Both the position numbers and the translations under genes were made by a program. A DNA stretch of 34,841 nt from Hyphomicrobiales bacterium (GTDB lineage Bacteria > Pseudomonadota > Alphaproteobacteria > JBDZUN01), in NCBI GenBank assembly GCA_040255145.1, contig JBDZUN010000006.1, positions 1 through 34,841 on the forward strand, read 5' to 3'. Every line of letters begins with the position of its first letter. Within the stretch, counting starts at the first letter, position 1. The notes below the pieces were generated by a model that was given only the letters and a program-made list of their open reading frames with translations, was not told the DNA's origin and did no database searches. Shown in pieces: positions 1-9,412 of the stretch.

Positions 1-117
1 GTTGGAACTGCGGCAGCCGGCGAGCAGCAGCAGGATCGGAATCCCGGCCGGAAGGAGCGTGTGCCGAACGGGATATACGGGTCGCCGGCTCTGCTTGATC
101 TGACCTCGCCGACGCAC
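1..117 (-). CDS. Putative lipoprotein, 5' part only (runs off the left edge)
   Basis: Manual translation from GTG at 117: MRRRGQIKQSRRPVYPVRHTLLPAGIPILLLLAGCRSSN. Basic N-terminus, hydrophobic stretch and LAGC lipobox; GGGGA 6 nt upstream. Not in the ORF track. Confidence 0.5.
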   Translation of the reverse strand, partial: MRRRGQIKQSRRPVYPVRHTLLPAGIPILLLLAGCRSSN

Positions 118-397
118 CGATCATCCCCCGGAAACCGCTTCGCGCATACTGCCAATCCCGGCGCGCCAAGTCCAACGCCGCCGCCACGCGCGTCGGACCG
201 CGCGCTTATTTGCGCCGCCGCCGCGATTTCCGTGGATGGTTCCGCCCTTGTCACCCGTTGACGCTCTTGCAAGAATGCGTGCGGGTGGGCAGAGCACGAC
301 GTTGGGGGCCGGACAGCAGCCTGGTACGGCGGGTTCCTCGCCCGCGCGCTGAAGCGTGACGGCAAGGCACGCGTGAAAGCGAGCTGGAGAGGTTTCG

Positions 398-604
398 ATG
401 GCGATCGGAACTGTGAAGTGGTTCAACGCGACCAAGGGATATGGCTTCATTCAGCCGGATTCCCAGGAACAGGATGTCTTCGTTCATATCTCGGCGGTGG
501 AGCGCGCTGGCCAGATGACACTGAAAGAGGGTCAGCGCCTGGAATATGAGCTTCAGCAGGGACGAAGCGGTCGTTACTCTGCTGAGAATCTTAGATTTGT
601 CTGA
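398..604 (+). CDS. cspA: Cold-shock protein (CSD family)
   Basis: GTVKWFNATKGYGFI (RNP1) and DVFVHISA (RNP2), 68 aa; GAGAGG SD upstream. The specific paralogue cannot be determined. Confidence 0.95.
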   Translation: MAIGTVKWFNATKGYGFIQPDSQEQDVFVHISAVERAGQMTLKEGQRLEYELQQGRSGRYSAENLRFV

Positions 605-753
605 TACGGCTCGACGAGCCGGTGGTGAAGAAAGTGGATCGATAGCGGGAACTATCCGGTATCGGGGATCGTTGACCGCCATAGACTGCGGCGATGCGTT
701 TCATTAGAGTTCCGTGCCGCCGCATCGAGGCGAAACATGAAGGGAGTGCTTCT

Positions 754-975
754 ATGAATCGGGACCTGTTGCGCAGAGTGACTATTCTGGGAATCGTGCT
801 GGCCCCCATGGCGGTGCTCCTGCCCGCCTGCAACAAGCATGAGAACAAGCAGCCTGCAGACACCTCCGCGCCGAGCAGCACGGCGCCGGCCGACAACAAC
901 TCCATGACGCCCGCTACGCCGCCGGCCGACGGCAACAGCGCACCGGCGGCGCCGGACAACAGCACGGCTCCGTAA
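754..975 (+). CDS. Small Pro/Ala/Asn-rich putative lipoprotein
   Basis: ATG at 754 after AGGGAG SD (741-746). Signal peptide ends LLPA-C; low-complexity mature part. ORF track start at 694 is less likely. Confidence 0.7.
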   Translation: MNRDLLRRVTILGIVLAPMAVLLPACNKHENKQPADTSAPSSTAPADNNSMTPATPPADGNSAPAAPDNSTAP

Positions 976-1023
976 CGCTTCGCCGACAGGCGGCCTTGCT
1001 CTCCGCTTTGGGGAGCGACCACC

Positions 1024-1539
1024 TTGGGCAATTCCATCGACTCCGATAGTGAATTGTCCCCGCCATCGCGCGGGAGACGAGTTGGCCGCGCCGCGGGGAA
1101 TGCCGCGGGCGGCCAACTTGCGTCCGCATCCGACGGCCCCATCGCCCTCCAGGCGATCGACCACGTCGTCCTGCGGGTACGCGACGAAGCACGCGCCCTG
1201 GCATTCTATTGCGGCGTGCTGGGCTGCCGCGAGGAACGGCGCATCCCCGAAATCGGCCTGGTCCAGCTGCGGGCCGGCGCCTCGCTGATCGACCTCATGG
1301 TCGTGGGCGCGGCGGGGGGACCGGGACCGGTTTCGCCACAGGGCCGGAACCTCGACCATTTCGCCTTGCGCCTGACGGCCTTCGACGCCGAGGCGCTGCG
1401 CCGTCATCTGGCGGCGCGCGGCGTGCCGGCCGGACCGGTCGAACGCCGCTATGGCGCCGAGGGCTTCGGGCCGTCGGTCTATGTGAACGACCCGGACGGC
1501 AATGTCGTCGAGCTCAAGGGGCCGCCGGAGCCCGCCTAG
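1024..1539 (+). CDS. VOC/glyoxalase family protein (start uncertain)
   Basis: IDHVVLRV...FYCGVLG...LDHFAL...SVYVNDPDGNVVELK motifs typical of VOC proteins; the N-terminal ~35 aa may not be real. Confidence 0.88.
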   Translation: MGNSIDSDSELSPPSRGRRVGRAAGNAAGGQLASASDGPIALQAIDHVVLRVRDEARALAFYCGVLGCREERRIPEIGLVQLRAGASLIDLMVVGAAGGPGPVSPQGRNLDHFALRLTAFDAEALRRHLAARGVPAGPVERRYGAEGFGPSVYVNDPDGNVVELKGPPEPA

Positions 1540-2710
1540 CCGCTTCGTCCGGCATATCGTTCGGCCATTCCGGCGCGGTCATCTCGACCAGGCGCGAGGC
1601 GGTGCGCGCGAACGCCGCCACGCCGTCGCCTTCCGGATAGAGGCGGTCGGGCGGCTCGGCCGCCGAGCAGAACAGCCGCACACGGGCATCGTACAGCGCA
1701 TCGATCAGCACGATCAGGCGCCGCGCGGCGTTGCGCTGCTCCGGCTTGAGGCGTGGGATGCGGTCCAGGAACACGACCTCGTAGCGGGCGGCCAGCGCCA
1801 GGTAGTCGGGTGCGCCCAGCGCGCGTTCGCACAGGTCGGCGAAGCCGAAGCGCGCAGCGCCTGCCGCCGCGCGCGGCACGACCAGCTTGCGGCCCTTGAT
1901 CACGATCGTCGCCCGCTTCTCGTCGCCGCCGGCCAGCGCGGCCCAGGCCGCGTCCATGCGCGCGTCGGCGTCGTCGTCCAGGGGCGTGAAATAGGTCGGC
2001 TCACCGTCCGTCTCCCGCAGCCGCCAGTCGGTGGGGCTGTGCAGATGGCAGACCGCCATGCGCTGCTTCAGCAGGACGATGAACGGCAGGAACAACTGCC
2101 GGTTCAGCCCGCCCTCGTAGAGGCGGTCGGGCGCGACGTTGGAGGTCGCGACCACCACCGCGCCCAGGCCGAACAGGGCCGAGAACAGCCGGCCGAGGAT
2201 CATGGCGTCGGCCACGTCGGTCACCTGGAACTCGTCGAAGCACAGGAGCCGGGCGTCCTGGGCCACGCGCGCGGCCACCGCCGGGATCGGGTCGTCGCCG
2301 TTCGGACGGCCGACCGCCCATCCCCGGTCGCCGCTGCGCCAGCGATGGATCAGATCGTGCACTTCCTGCATGAAGGCGTGGAAATGGACCCGCCGTTTCG
2401 GCCGTAGCGGCGCGTCGACGAAGAACAGGTCCATCAGCATGGACTTGCCGCGACCGACCGGGCCGTGGATGTAGAGGCCGCGTTGCGGCTCCGGCGCCTT
2501 GCCGAACATGTCGCGCAGACGCCGGCGCAGCCCGGACCCGTCGGCGATTGATTGGCGCAGCCGGTTGTGCAGATCCTGCAGCGCGGCGGCCGCTCGGTGC
2601 TGGGCGGGGTCGGGCGCCAGCGCGCCGGCCGCGACCCGACGCTCCAGCGCCGCCAGCGGGCCGCTTACCGAAGCCGCGGGGCGCATCGGTCGTCGCGGCG
2701 CCGATCCCAT
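1514..2710 (-). CDS. zapE: Cell division ATPase ZapE (AFG1 family)
   Basis: GLYIHGPVGRGKSMLMDLF Walker A, RVHFHAFM, LLCFDEFQVTDVADAMIL, FARTASRLVEM. Confidence 0.95.
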   Translation of the reverse strand: MGSAPRRPMRPAASVSGPLAALERRVAAGALAPDPAQHRAAAALQDLHNRLRQSIADGSGLRRRLRDMFGKAPEPQRGLYIHGPVGRGKSMLMDLFFVDAPLRPKRRVHFHAFMQEVHDLIHRWRSGDRGWAVGRPNGDDPIPAVAARVAQDARLLCFDEFQVTDVADAMILGRLFSALFGLGAVVVATSNVAPDRLYEGGLNRQLFLPFIVLLKQRMAVCHLHSPTDWRLRETDGEPTYFTPLDDDADARMDAAWAALAGGDEKRATIVIKGRKLVVPRAAAGAARFGFADLCERALGAPDYLALAARYEVVFLDRIPRLKPEQRNAARRLIVLIDALYDARVRLFCSAAEPPDRLYPEGDGVAAFARTASRLVEMTAPEWPNDMPDEAARRAPAAP

Positions 2711-2729
2711 CGGCGCACGCCGCGCAGGC

Positions 2730-4511
2730 TCAATACACGCGCGCCTTGGGCGCGATGTACTGCACGTCGTTGGACAGGGTGTAGCTGTGCACCGGCCGAT
2801 ATTCGATGCGCACGTCGCCTTTGTCGAACCAGGCCAGCGTGTGCTTCATCCACTGCGCGTCGTCGCGGTCGCCGAAATCCTCGCGCGCATGGGCGCCGCG
2901 GCTCTCGGTCCGGTTCGCGGCCGAATCCATGGTGACGACCGCCTGCCGGATCAGGTTGTCGAATTCCAGCGTCTCGACCAGGTCCGAATTCCAGATCAGC
3001 GAGCGGTCGGTGACGCCGACATCGCCCGCGCCCTCCCATACCTCGCGGATCAGCTTGCGGCCTTCGTCCAGCACCTCGCCGGTGCGGAACACCGCGCAGT
3101 TCGACTGCATCACCTTCTGCATGCCGAGGCGCAGGGCGGCGGTGGGCGTGGCGCCGTTGGCATGGCGGAAACGGTCGAGGCGCGCCAGCGCCTCCTCGCC
3201 CGCGCCGTTGGTGAATTCCGGCTGCGGTTCGCCGGCCTTCACCGTGATGCTGGCGCGGTTCGCCGCGGCGCGGCCGAACACCACCAGGTCGGTCAGCGAA
3301 TTGGAGCCGAGCCGGTTGGCGCCGTGCACCGAGACGCAGGCCGCCTCGCCGACCGCCATCAGGCCGGGCACCACCGAATCGGGGTCGCCGTCGCGGAGCG
3401 TCAGCACCTCGCCGTGATAGTTGGTCGGAATGCCGCCCATGTTGTAGTGCACGGTCGGCAGGACCGGGATCGGCTGCCTGGTCACGTCGACGCCGGCGAA
3501 GATGCGCGCCGTTTCGGCGATGCCGGGCAGCCGCTCGTGGATGATGGCCGGGTCCAGGTGGTCCAGGTGCAGGAAGATGTGGTCCTTTTCCGGCCCGACG
3601 CCGCGGCCTTCGCGGATTTCGATGGTCATGGCCCGGCTGACCACGTCGCGCGAGGCGAGGTCCTTGGCGTGGGGCGCATAGCGCTCCATGAACCGCTCGC
3701 CCTCGGAATTGGTGACGTAGCCGCCCTCGCCGCGGACGCCCTCGGTGATCAGGCAGCCGGCGCCGTACACGCCGGTCGGGTGGAACTGCACGAATTCCAT
3801 GTCCTGCAGCGGCAGGCCGGCGCGCAGCACCATGCCGCCGCCGTCGCCGGTGCAGGTATGGGCCGAGGTGCAGGAGAAATAGGCCCGGCCGTAGCCGCCG
3901 GTCGCCAACACCACCATCCTGGCGCGGAAGCGGTGGATCGTGCCGTCGTCCAGGCACAAAGCCATCACGCCGCGGCAGACGCCGTCCTCCATGATCAGGT
4001 CGAGCACGAAATACTCGATGAAGAACGGCACGCGCGCCCGCACGCACTGGCCGTAGAGCGTGTGCAGGATGGCGTGGCCGGTGCGGTCGGCGGCGGCGCA
4101 GGTGCGCTGCGCGGTGCCTTCGCCGAAATGCGTGGTCATGCCGCCGAAGGCGCGCTGGTAGATCTGCCCGGTCTCGGTCCGGCTGAACGGCACGCCGTAA
4201 TGTTCGAGCTCGACCACCGCCGCCGGCGCCTCGCGGCACAGATATTCGATCGCGTCCTGGTCGCCCAGCCAGTCCGACCCCTTGACGGTGTCGTACATGT
4301 GCCAGCGCCAGTCGTCCTCGCCCATATTGCCGAGCGCGGCCGAGATGCCGCCCTGCGCCGCCACGGTGTGCGAGCGGGTCGGGAACACCTTGGTGATGTT
4401 GGCTGTCTTGAGCCCCGCCTCGGCCATGCCCAGCGTTGCGCGCAGGCCGGCGCCGCCGGCGCCGACGACGACGGCATCGTAGGTATGGTCGGTGATCGGA
4501 TAGGCCTTCAT
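2730..4511 (-). CDS. sdhA: Succinate dehydrogenase flavoprotein subunit
   Basis: [11 protein letters not shown] motif, [10 protein letters not shown] covalent-FAD His, [23 protein letters not shown]-terminal KARVY. Confidence 0.99.
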   Translation of the reverse strand: MKAYPITDHTYDAVVVGAGGAGLRATLGMAEAGLKTANITKVFPTRSHTVAAQGGISAALGNMGEDDWRWHMYDTVKGSDWLGDQDAIEYLCREAPAAVVELEHYGVPFSRTETGQIYQRAFGGMTTHFGEGTAQRTCAAADRTGHAILHTLYGQCVRARVPFFIEYFVLDLIMEDGVCRGVMALCLDDGTIHRFRARMVVLATGGYGRAYFSCTSAHTCTGDGGGMVLRAGLPLQDMEFVQFHPTGVYGAGCLITEGVRGEGGYVTNSEGERFMERYAPHAKDLASRDVVSRAMTIEIREGRGVGPEKDHIFLHLDHLDPAIIHERLPGIAETARIFAGVDVTRQPIPVLPTVHYNMGGIPTNYHGEVLTLRDGDPDSVVPGLMAVGEAACVSVHGANRLGSNSLTDLVVFGRAAANRASITVKAGEPQPEFTNGAGEEALARLDRFRHANGATPTAALRLGMQKVMQSNCAVFRTGEVLDEGRKLIREVWEGAGDVGVTDRSLIWNSDLVETLEFDNLIRQAVVTMDSAANRTESRGAHAREDFGDRDDAQWMKHTLAWFDKGDVRIEYRPVHSYTLSNDVQYIAPKARVY

Positions 4512-4897
4512 GGCGCGACGGCTCCGAGGGCGAGCTTGAGGACGGAATAGGCGCAGACGATGCCGAGCGCCGTGCAGATCAGGGTGTTCAGCACCAGGAG
4601 CGTGATGCGCGCGCCGTTGCCATGCACGTAGTCTTCGACCACCACCTGCAGGCCCAGCTTCAGGTGCCAGAAGGCGGCGACCACGAACAGCAGGATCAGG
4701 ATGGCGACCGGCGGCGAACCGACGAACAGGATGGCGCTGCGGTAATCGGTCCGCGCGGCCGCGATGATCATCCCGACGATCAGGATGGCCAGCGGCACCA
4801 GCGCGACGGCCGTCAGGCGCTGCCGCCAGAAATGGTCGGTGCCGTCCTTGGCGGAGCCGAGATAGCGGGCGCGGGACAGCGGCGTGCGGATGCTCAT
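4508..4897 (-). CDS. sdhD: Succinate dehydrogenase hydrophobic membrane anchor
   Basis: [30 protein letters not shown]...[15 protein letters not shown]. True start at 4897 in an ATGA overlap with the sdhC stop; its own stop overlaps the sdhA ATG. Confidence 0.96.
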   Translation of the reverse strand: MSIRTPLSRARYLGSAKDGTDHFWRQRLTAVALVPLAILIVGMIIAAARTDYRSAILFVGSPPVAILILLFVVAAFWHLKLGLQVVVEDYVHGNGARITLLVLNTLICTALGIVCAYSVLKLALGAVAP

Positions 4898-5301
4898 GCC
4901 TGGCCTCCGGTGCTCAGGGCCAGGGCCCAGATCAGGACGGTCAGCACGAACGAGCCGATCACCACGGTCCAGCCGGTGATGCGGGCGGTGCCGACCTCGA
5001 AGCCGTAGCCGACATCCCAGGCGAGATGCCGGATGCCGTTGAGCAGGTGGAACATCAGCGCCCAGGTGAACCCGACCAGCAGCAGGATGCCGATCCACGA
5101 CGACAGGAAGTGGTGCATCGCGGCGAATGCCTGCGGCCCGCTCGCCAGTGCGATCAGCCAGGCCGTGACCAGCAGCATGCCGAGGCCGAGGCCGATCCCG
5201 GTCACGCGATGCGTGATCGACGGCACCCAGGTGATCAGCGGCTTGTAGATTTGCAGGTGCGGCGACAGGGGGCGGGGGCGGGCTTGCCGCGTTTCGGTCA
5301 T
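4894..5301 (-). CDS. sdhC: Succinate dehydrogenase cytochrome b556 subunit
   Basis: [30 protein letters not shown] motifs; three TM helices. Confidence 0.98.
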   Translation of the reverse strand: MTETRQARPRPLSPHLQIYKPLITWVPSITHRVTGIGLGLGMLLVTAWLIALASGPQAFAAMHHFLSSWIGILLLVGFTWALMFHLLNGIRHLAWDVGYGFEVGTARITGWTVVIGSFVLTVLIWALALSTGGQA

Positions 5302-5354
5302 TCCTGGAGGTCCTTTCCAGCCCGCTGACGGCGTGGCGGGCGCGACGCCGCCGC

Positions 5355-5382
5355 ATTCTAGGGCTGGTCGGACCTAAGTCAA
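5355..5382 (-). promoter_or_regulatory. Sigma70-type promoter of sdhCDA-zapE
   Basis: Minus strand TTGACT (5382-5377)-N16-TAGAAT (5360-5355), about 55 nt upstream of sdhC. Confidence 0.7.
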
Positions 5383-5423
5383 CGAAGCACAAACCCCGTC
5401 AGGGACACAGGGCGCATGACACG

Positions 5424-5454
5424 AAAAAAGGAGGATCCAACGGATCCTCCCTTT
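5424..5454 (-). terminator. Rho-independent terminator after the lipoprotein gene
   Basis: Minus strand GGAGGATCC-GTT-GGATCCTCC followed by TTTTTT. Confidence 0.85.
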
Positions 5455-5477
5455 GCGACTCGCGCAAGCCAGGGCCG

Positions 5478-5726
5478 TCAGCGCCAGACCGGCCGGCCCA
5501 TATTGACCTGGTTCGGGCTGGTCATGACGCCGGCGGCGCCCCCGACCAGGCCGCCAATCAGCGCGCCGGTGCCCGGCGCCAGGCCGTTGAACACGGCACC
5601 GGCGATCGCACCCGTACCGGCGCCGAGGGCCGCGCCGCTGAGCCCGCGGTCCTGTGCGGTGTATCCGCAGCCCGCCAGCCCAAGAACCGCGACGAGCGCG
5701 CCCATTGCCATGGCTGTCTTGATCAC
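5478..5726 (-). CDS. Small glycine-zipper lipoprotein
   Basis: GTG start at 5726 after GAAGGGGAG SD; LGLAG-C lipobox; DRGLSGAALGAGTGAIAG...GALIGGLVGGAAG glycine zipper. Confidence 0.85.
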   Translation of the reverse strand: MIKTAMAMGALVAVLGLAGCGYTAQDRGLSGAALGAGTGAIAGAVFNGLAPGTGALIGGLVGGAAGVMTSPNQVNMGRPVWR

Positions 5727-5832
5727 TGTTACTCCCCTTCGTTCGGACGCTACGATCCGCGTCGACATATGCATGAAGAACGGCACCGGAGGTTATTTAG
5801 TTCCTGCCGGCAGGATGCAAGGTGCGCGCCGG

Positions 5833-6903
5833 TCAGCGATTGCGCGGCAGCAATACCCAATAGTCCAGGTCAAGGATCACCGCGTCGTGATGCTTGCCGT
5901 CATCCTGCGTACCGGGAAATTCCGCAGCCGGGTGGTTCTTGGTCGCAAAGGTGCGCAGCCGCAGGGCGCCGAGATCGTCACGGTCCGGCAGGGCGTCCTT
6001 CGACAGCACCTCGCTCCACGCGAACACCGTGTCGCCGGCGAAGCACGGCGCGACGTGCCGGCCGCCGTTGATCGCGGCGATCCAGTGGGCGTTGGCGAAG
6101 CCGTTGAAGCTGAGCGCGCGCGCCAGGCTGATGACATGGCCGCCATAGACGAGACGCTTGCCGAACCGGGTCTCCGCCGCCTCGTACTGGTTGAAATGCA
6201 CGCGCGCGGTGTTCTGGTAGAGGCGGGTGGCGAGCATGTGCTCGGCGTCCTCGACCGTCATGCCGTCGCGGTGGTCGATGCGCTCGCCCGGCTCGTAGTC
6301 GTCCCACAGCGCGGCGCTGCCGGCGAGCTCGGCGTCATAGGCTTCGAGGTCGAGTTCCTCCGGCACGACGATCTGGTCGGGCCGCACCGCCTTGGCGAGT
6401 TCGGGTACCTGGTTCGCGCCGGTCTGCGCGGCCCCCTCGCGCTTGCGCACCATCACCCAGCGGACATAGGCCAGCACCGGGTCGCCGTTCTGGTTCACGC
6501 CGGTCGAGCGGACATAGACGATGCCGGCCTTGCCGTCCGAGGTCTCGCGCAGCCCGATGACCTCCGACGTCGCCGACAGCGTGTCGCCGGGATAGACCGG
6601 CTTCAGGAACCGGCATTCGGCATAGCCCAGATTGGCGATCGCGTTCAGCGAGATGTCGGGCACGGTCTTGCCGAACACCGTGTGGAAGACCAGCAGGTCG
6701 TCGATCGGCGCGCGCGGCAGGCCGAGGCTTTCGGCGAAGGCGTCCGACGATTGCAGGGCGAAGCGGCCCCCATAGAGCGCGGTGTAGAGCGCGGCGTCGC
6801 CCTCGGTCAGGGTGCGCGGCGTCGCGTGCCGGATGGTCTGCCCGATCGCGAAATCCTCAAAGAAATTGCCGTGGCCGGCTTTGGAGGGGCTGGTCTTCGA
6901 CAC
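5833..6903 (-). CDS. mch: Mesaconyl-CoA hydratase (double MaoC hot-dog fold)
   Basis: GNFFEDF, FGKTVPDISLNAIANLGYAE, YVRWVMVRKR, LYQNTARVHF, YGGHVISLARALSFNG match Mch as recalled from Rhodobacter. GTG start at 6903 with GGAG SD. Confidence 0.9.
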   Translation of the reverse strand: MSKTSPSKAGHGNFFEDFAIGQTIRHATPRTLTEGDAALYTALYGGRFALQSSDAFAESLGLPRAPIDDLLVFHTVFGKTVPDISLNAIANLGYAECRFLKPVYPGDTLSATSEVIGLRETSDGKAGIVYVRSTGVNQNGDPVLAYVRWVMVRKREGAAQTGANQVPELAKAVRPDQIVVPEELDLEAYDAELAGSAALWDDYEPGERIDHRDGMTVEDAEHMLATRLYQNTARVHFNQYEAAETRFGKRLVYGGHVISLARALSFNGFANAHWIAAINGGRHVAPCFAGDTVFAWSEVLSKDALPDRDDLGALRLRTFATKNHPAAEFPGTQDDGKHHDAVILDLDYWVLLPRNR

Positions 6904-6935
6904 GCGCTGCTCCGCTCGATGTTCGGGTCGGGTGT

Positions 6936-7826
6936 TCAGGCCGGGGCGGCCGCGCCCTGCAGCGCCGCGATCTGCTCGGCCATCGCGACCATGCGGCGGG
7001 CATTGTCGACGTGCAGGTTCTCGATCATCCGGCCGTCGACGGTGGCGACGCCCTTGCCTTCGGCCTGCGCCGCCTCGAAAGCGGCGATGACGCGGCGGGC
7101 GTAGTCGAGCTCGTCCGCCGAGGGCGAGAAGACGCGGTTGCACGGTTCGACCTGGCTCGGGTGGATCAGCGTCTTGCCGTCGAAGCCGAGCTCCAGCCCC
7201 TGGCGGCAGGCCGCCTCGAAGCCGTCGGCGTCGCGGATGTCGTTATAGACGCCGTCGACGATGGCGAGGCCGAAGGCGCGCGCGGCCAGCAGGCACAGGC
7301 CGATCCCGGTCAGCAACGGCAGCCGCGCCGGGGTCTGCGCGGCGTGCAGCTCCTTGGCCAGGTCGTTGGTGCCCATCACCAGGCATTCGAGGCGGGGGTC
7401 GGCGCCGGCGATCTCCTCCGCGTGCAGAATGCCGATCGGCGTCTCCATCATCGCCCAGATGCGCATGGTCTCGGCCGCGCCGGCGCTCTTCAGCAGGGCG
7501 TGGACCGCGTGGATCGTGTCGACGCCGTTGACCTTGGGCACCAGCACCGCGTCGGCGCCGGTGCGGGCGGCGGCGGCCAGGTCGTCGCGGCCCCAGGGCG
7601 TGTCGAGGCCGTTGACGCGGATCACCACCTCGCGCCGTCCGAAGCCGCCGGCGTTCACCGTGGCGCAGACCTGCTCGCGCGCCGCGGGCTTGGCGTCGGG
7701 CGCGACCGAATCCTCAAGGTCGAGCACGACGCCGTCCGCCGGCAGGGTCTTGGCCTTGTCGAGCGCGCGGGCATTGGCGCCCGGCATGTACAGGATGGAG
7801 CGACGCGGACGCGCGATGGCCGGCAT
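6936..7826 (-). CDS. mcl2: CitE-family CoA-ester lyase, most like (3S)-malyl-CoA thioesterase
   Basis: RRSILYMPG, DLEDSV, WAMMETP, VMGTNDLAKEL, GLCLLAARA, DGVYN, GFDGKTLIHP, VDGRMIENLH; adjacent to mch and sdhC. ATG at 7826. Confidence 0.8.
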   Translation of the reverse strand: MPAIARPRRSILYMPGANARALDKAKTLPADGVVLDLEDSVAPDAKPAAREQVCATVNAGGFGRREVVIRVNGLDTPWGRDDLAAAARTGADAVLVPKVNGVDTIHAVHALLKSAGAAETMRIWAMMETPIGILHAEEIAGADPRLECLVMGTNDLAKELHAAQTPARLPLLTGIGLCLLAARAFGLAIVDGVYNDIRDADGFEAACRQGLELGFDGKTLIHPSQVEPCNRVFSPSADELDYARRVIAAFEAAQAEGKGVATVDGRMIENLHVDNARRMVAMAEQIAALQGAAAPA

Positions 7827-7947
7827 GATTCGTCCCTCGATGCGAATCGGATCGGATTCGCGGGACGTATAGCACCGATCGCCGGGGGCGGGGCAATCCG
7901 GGCCGAGGCCGGCAAAGATGATGCTATCCGAACGCAAACCGCTCCGA

Positions 7948-9375
7948 TCAGCGTTCGCGCATCGCCTCGTGACGGGCTTTCAGGATCGGCTTCATCAGGT
8001 ATTCGAGCACCGACTTGTGGCCGGTCAGGATTTCGACGCTGGCGGTCATGCCGGGAATGATCGGCAGGACCCGGCCGTTGCGGTTCAGGGCGTTGCCGTT
8101 GGTGCGCAGATAGACGCGGTAGAAGCTCTTGTCGTCGCCGCGCGTGTCCTTTTCCTGGATCGTGTCGGCGCTGATCTGCTCCACATTGGCTTCGAGGCCG
8201 CCATAGATCGAGTAGTCGTAGGCGGTGATCTTGACCGTCGCCTTCTGGTTCGGGTGCAGGAACGCGACGTCGGACGGCCGGATGCGCGCCTCGACCAGAA
8301 GCGTGTCGTCGATCGGCACGATCTCCATGATGTCCTGGCCCGGCTGGATCACGCCGCCGATCGTGTTCTGCTTGATCTGCTTGACGATGCCGCGCACCGG
8401 CGAGCGCACGTCGGTCCGGGCGACCCGGTCCTTGCCCGCCTGCATCGCCTCCTGCGTCGATTTGAGCTCGGCGCGCGCCTTGGTCAGGTCGTCCGAGACC
8501 TCCGTCTGGCGCGTCGCCCTCAGTTCGGCAATGCGCTTGCGCACCTCCTGCGTGGCGTCCTGGAGCCGCGGAATCGCCAGCCGCACCGAGGAAAGCTGGC
8601 CCTGGATCTCCGCCACCTTCGAATCCGCAGTCAGCATCTCGACCTGCGGCACCAGGTCCTTGGCGGCCAGCGGCCGCAGCAGGTCCTGCTGCTGCCTGGA
8701 GATCGAAAGCTGGCGTTCCAGGTCGGCACGCTTGCCGGCCATCTCGGCGACCTCCTGGCTGCGCTGCCGCGCCTGGGCGTCGAGCACGGCGACCTGCGCC
8801 TGCAATTGCGACTGGCGCGCGTCGAACAACGCCTGCTGGTCGGACACCGCCTTGGGATTGGCCTTCGCCAGGTCCGCCGGGAACGCGATCGAAGAGGCGC
8901 CCTTGATCTCGGCCTCCAGCCGCGCGACCTGGGCGCGCAGGACCTGGCTCTTGCCCTGCGTGTCCTCGAAGTTCGACTGCGAGGTGCTGTTGTCGATGCG
9001 CACCAGGATGTCGCCCTTGTTCACCTGCTCGCCCTCACGGACCAGGATCGCCGCCAGGATGCCGCCTTCGAGGTTCTGGATGACCTGGGTCTTGCTCGAC
9101 GGGATGATGGTGCCCGCGCCGCGCGTGACCTCGTCCAGCACCGCGAAATGCGCCCAGACGACGAACAGCACCACGAACAGCAGCGCCATGCTGGACAGGA
9201 TGTAGGCGAAGCGATGGCCGCGATCGCGCGTCGCGGCCTGGACCTCGTCCATGAATTCCAGGTCTTCGTCGCGATCGTCGGCCCAGCCGGCCAGCGCGCC
9301 GGCGGCGCGCCGCATCAGAGAGCCGCCGTGCGCGACCGTGTGGCTGCGGACCGCCGTCAGTGCCTTGCCTACCAT
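7948..9375 (-). CDS. HlyD-family type I secretion membrane fusion protein (LapC-like)
   Basis: One TM, then LDEVTRGAG...QVIQNLEGGI, coiled coil, RSPVRGIV, AYDYSIYGGL, IIPGMTASVEILTG, YLMKP. Confidence 0.96.
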   Translation of the reverse strand: MVGKALTAVRSHTVAHGGSLMRRAAGALAGWADDRDEDLEFMDEVQAATRDRGHRFAYILSSMALLFVVLFVVWAHFAVLDEVTRGAGTIIPSSKTQVIQNLEGGILAAILVREGEQVNKGDILVRIDNSTSQSNFEDTQGKSQVLRAQVARLEAEIKGASSIAFPADLAKANPKAVSDQQALFDARQSQLQAQVAVLDAQARQRSQEVAEMAGKRADLERQLSISRQQQDLLRPLAAKDLVPQVEMLTADSKVAEIQGQLSSVRLAIPRLQDATQEVRKRIAELRATRQTEVSDDLTKARAELKSTQEAMQAGKDRVARTDVRSPVRGIVKQIKQNTIGGVIQPGQDIMEIVPIDDTLLVEARIRPSDVAFLHPNQKATVKITAYDYSIYGGLEANVEQISADTIQEKDTRGDDKSFYRVYLRTNGNALNRNGRVLPIIPGMTASVEILTGHKSVLEYLMKPILKARHEAMRER

Positions 9376-9412
9376 GATTTGTACTCGTCTGTTCGGTGAC
9401 GGTCGATCGCCG

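Noticed and set aside
2499-4550. 683 aa plus-strand ORF (likewise 5416-7104, 7918-9399, 9251-11053, 22899-24569, 26118-27590, 29495-31399)
   Set aside because: These are antisense shadows of well-supported genes; high GC codon bias suppresses stops on the opposite strand, and they show no recognisable motifs.
4508-5392. 294 aa ORF suggesting an extended or fused SdhD
   Set aside because: The upstream part is an alternative frame over sdhC; SdhD homology starts at ATG 4897 in an ATGA overlap.
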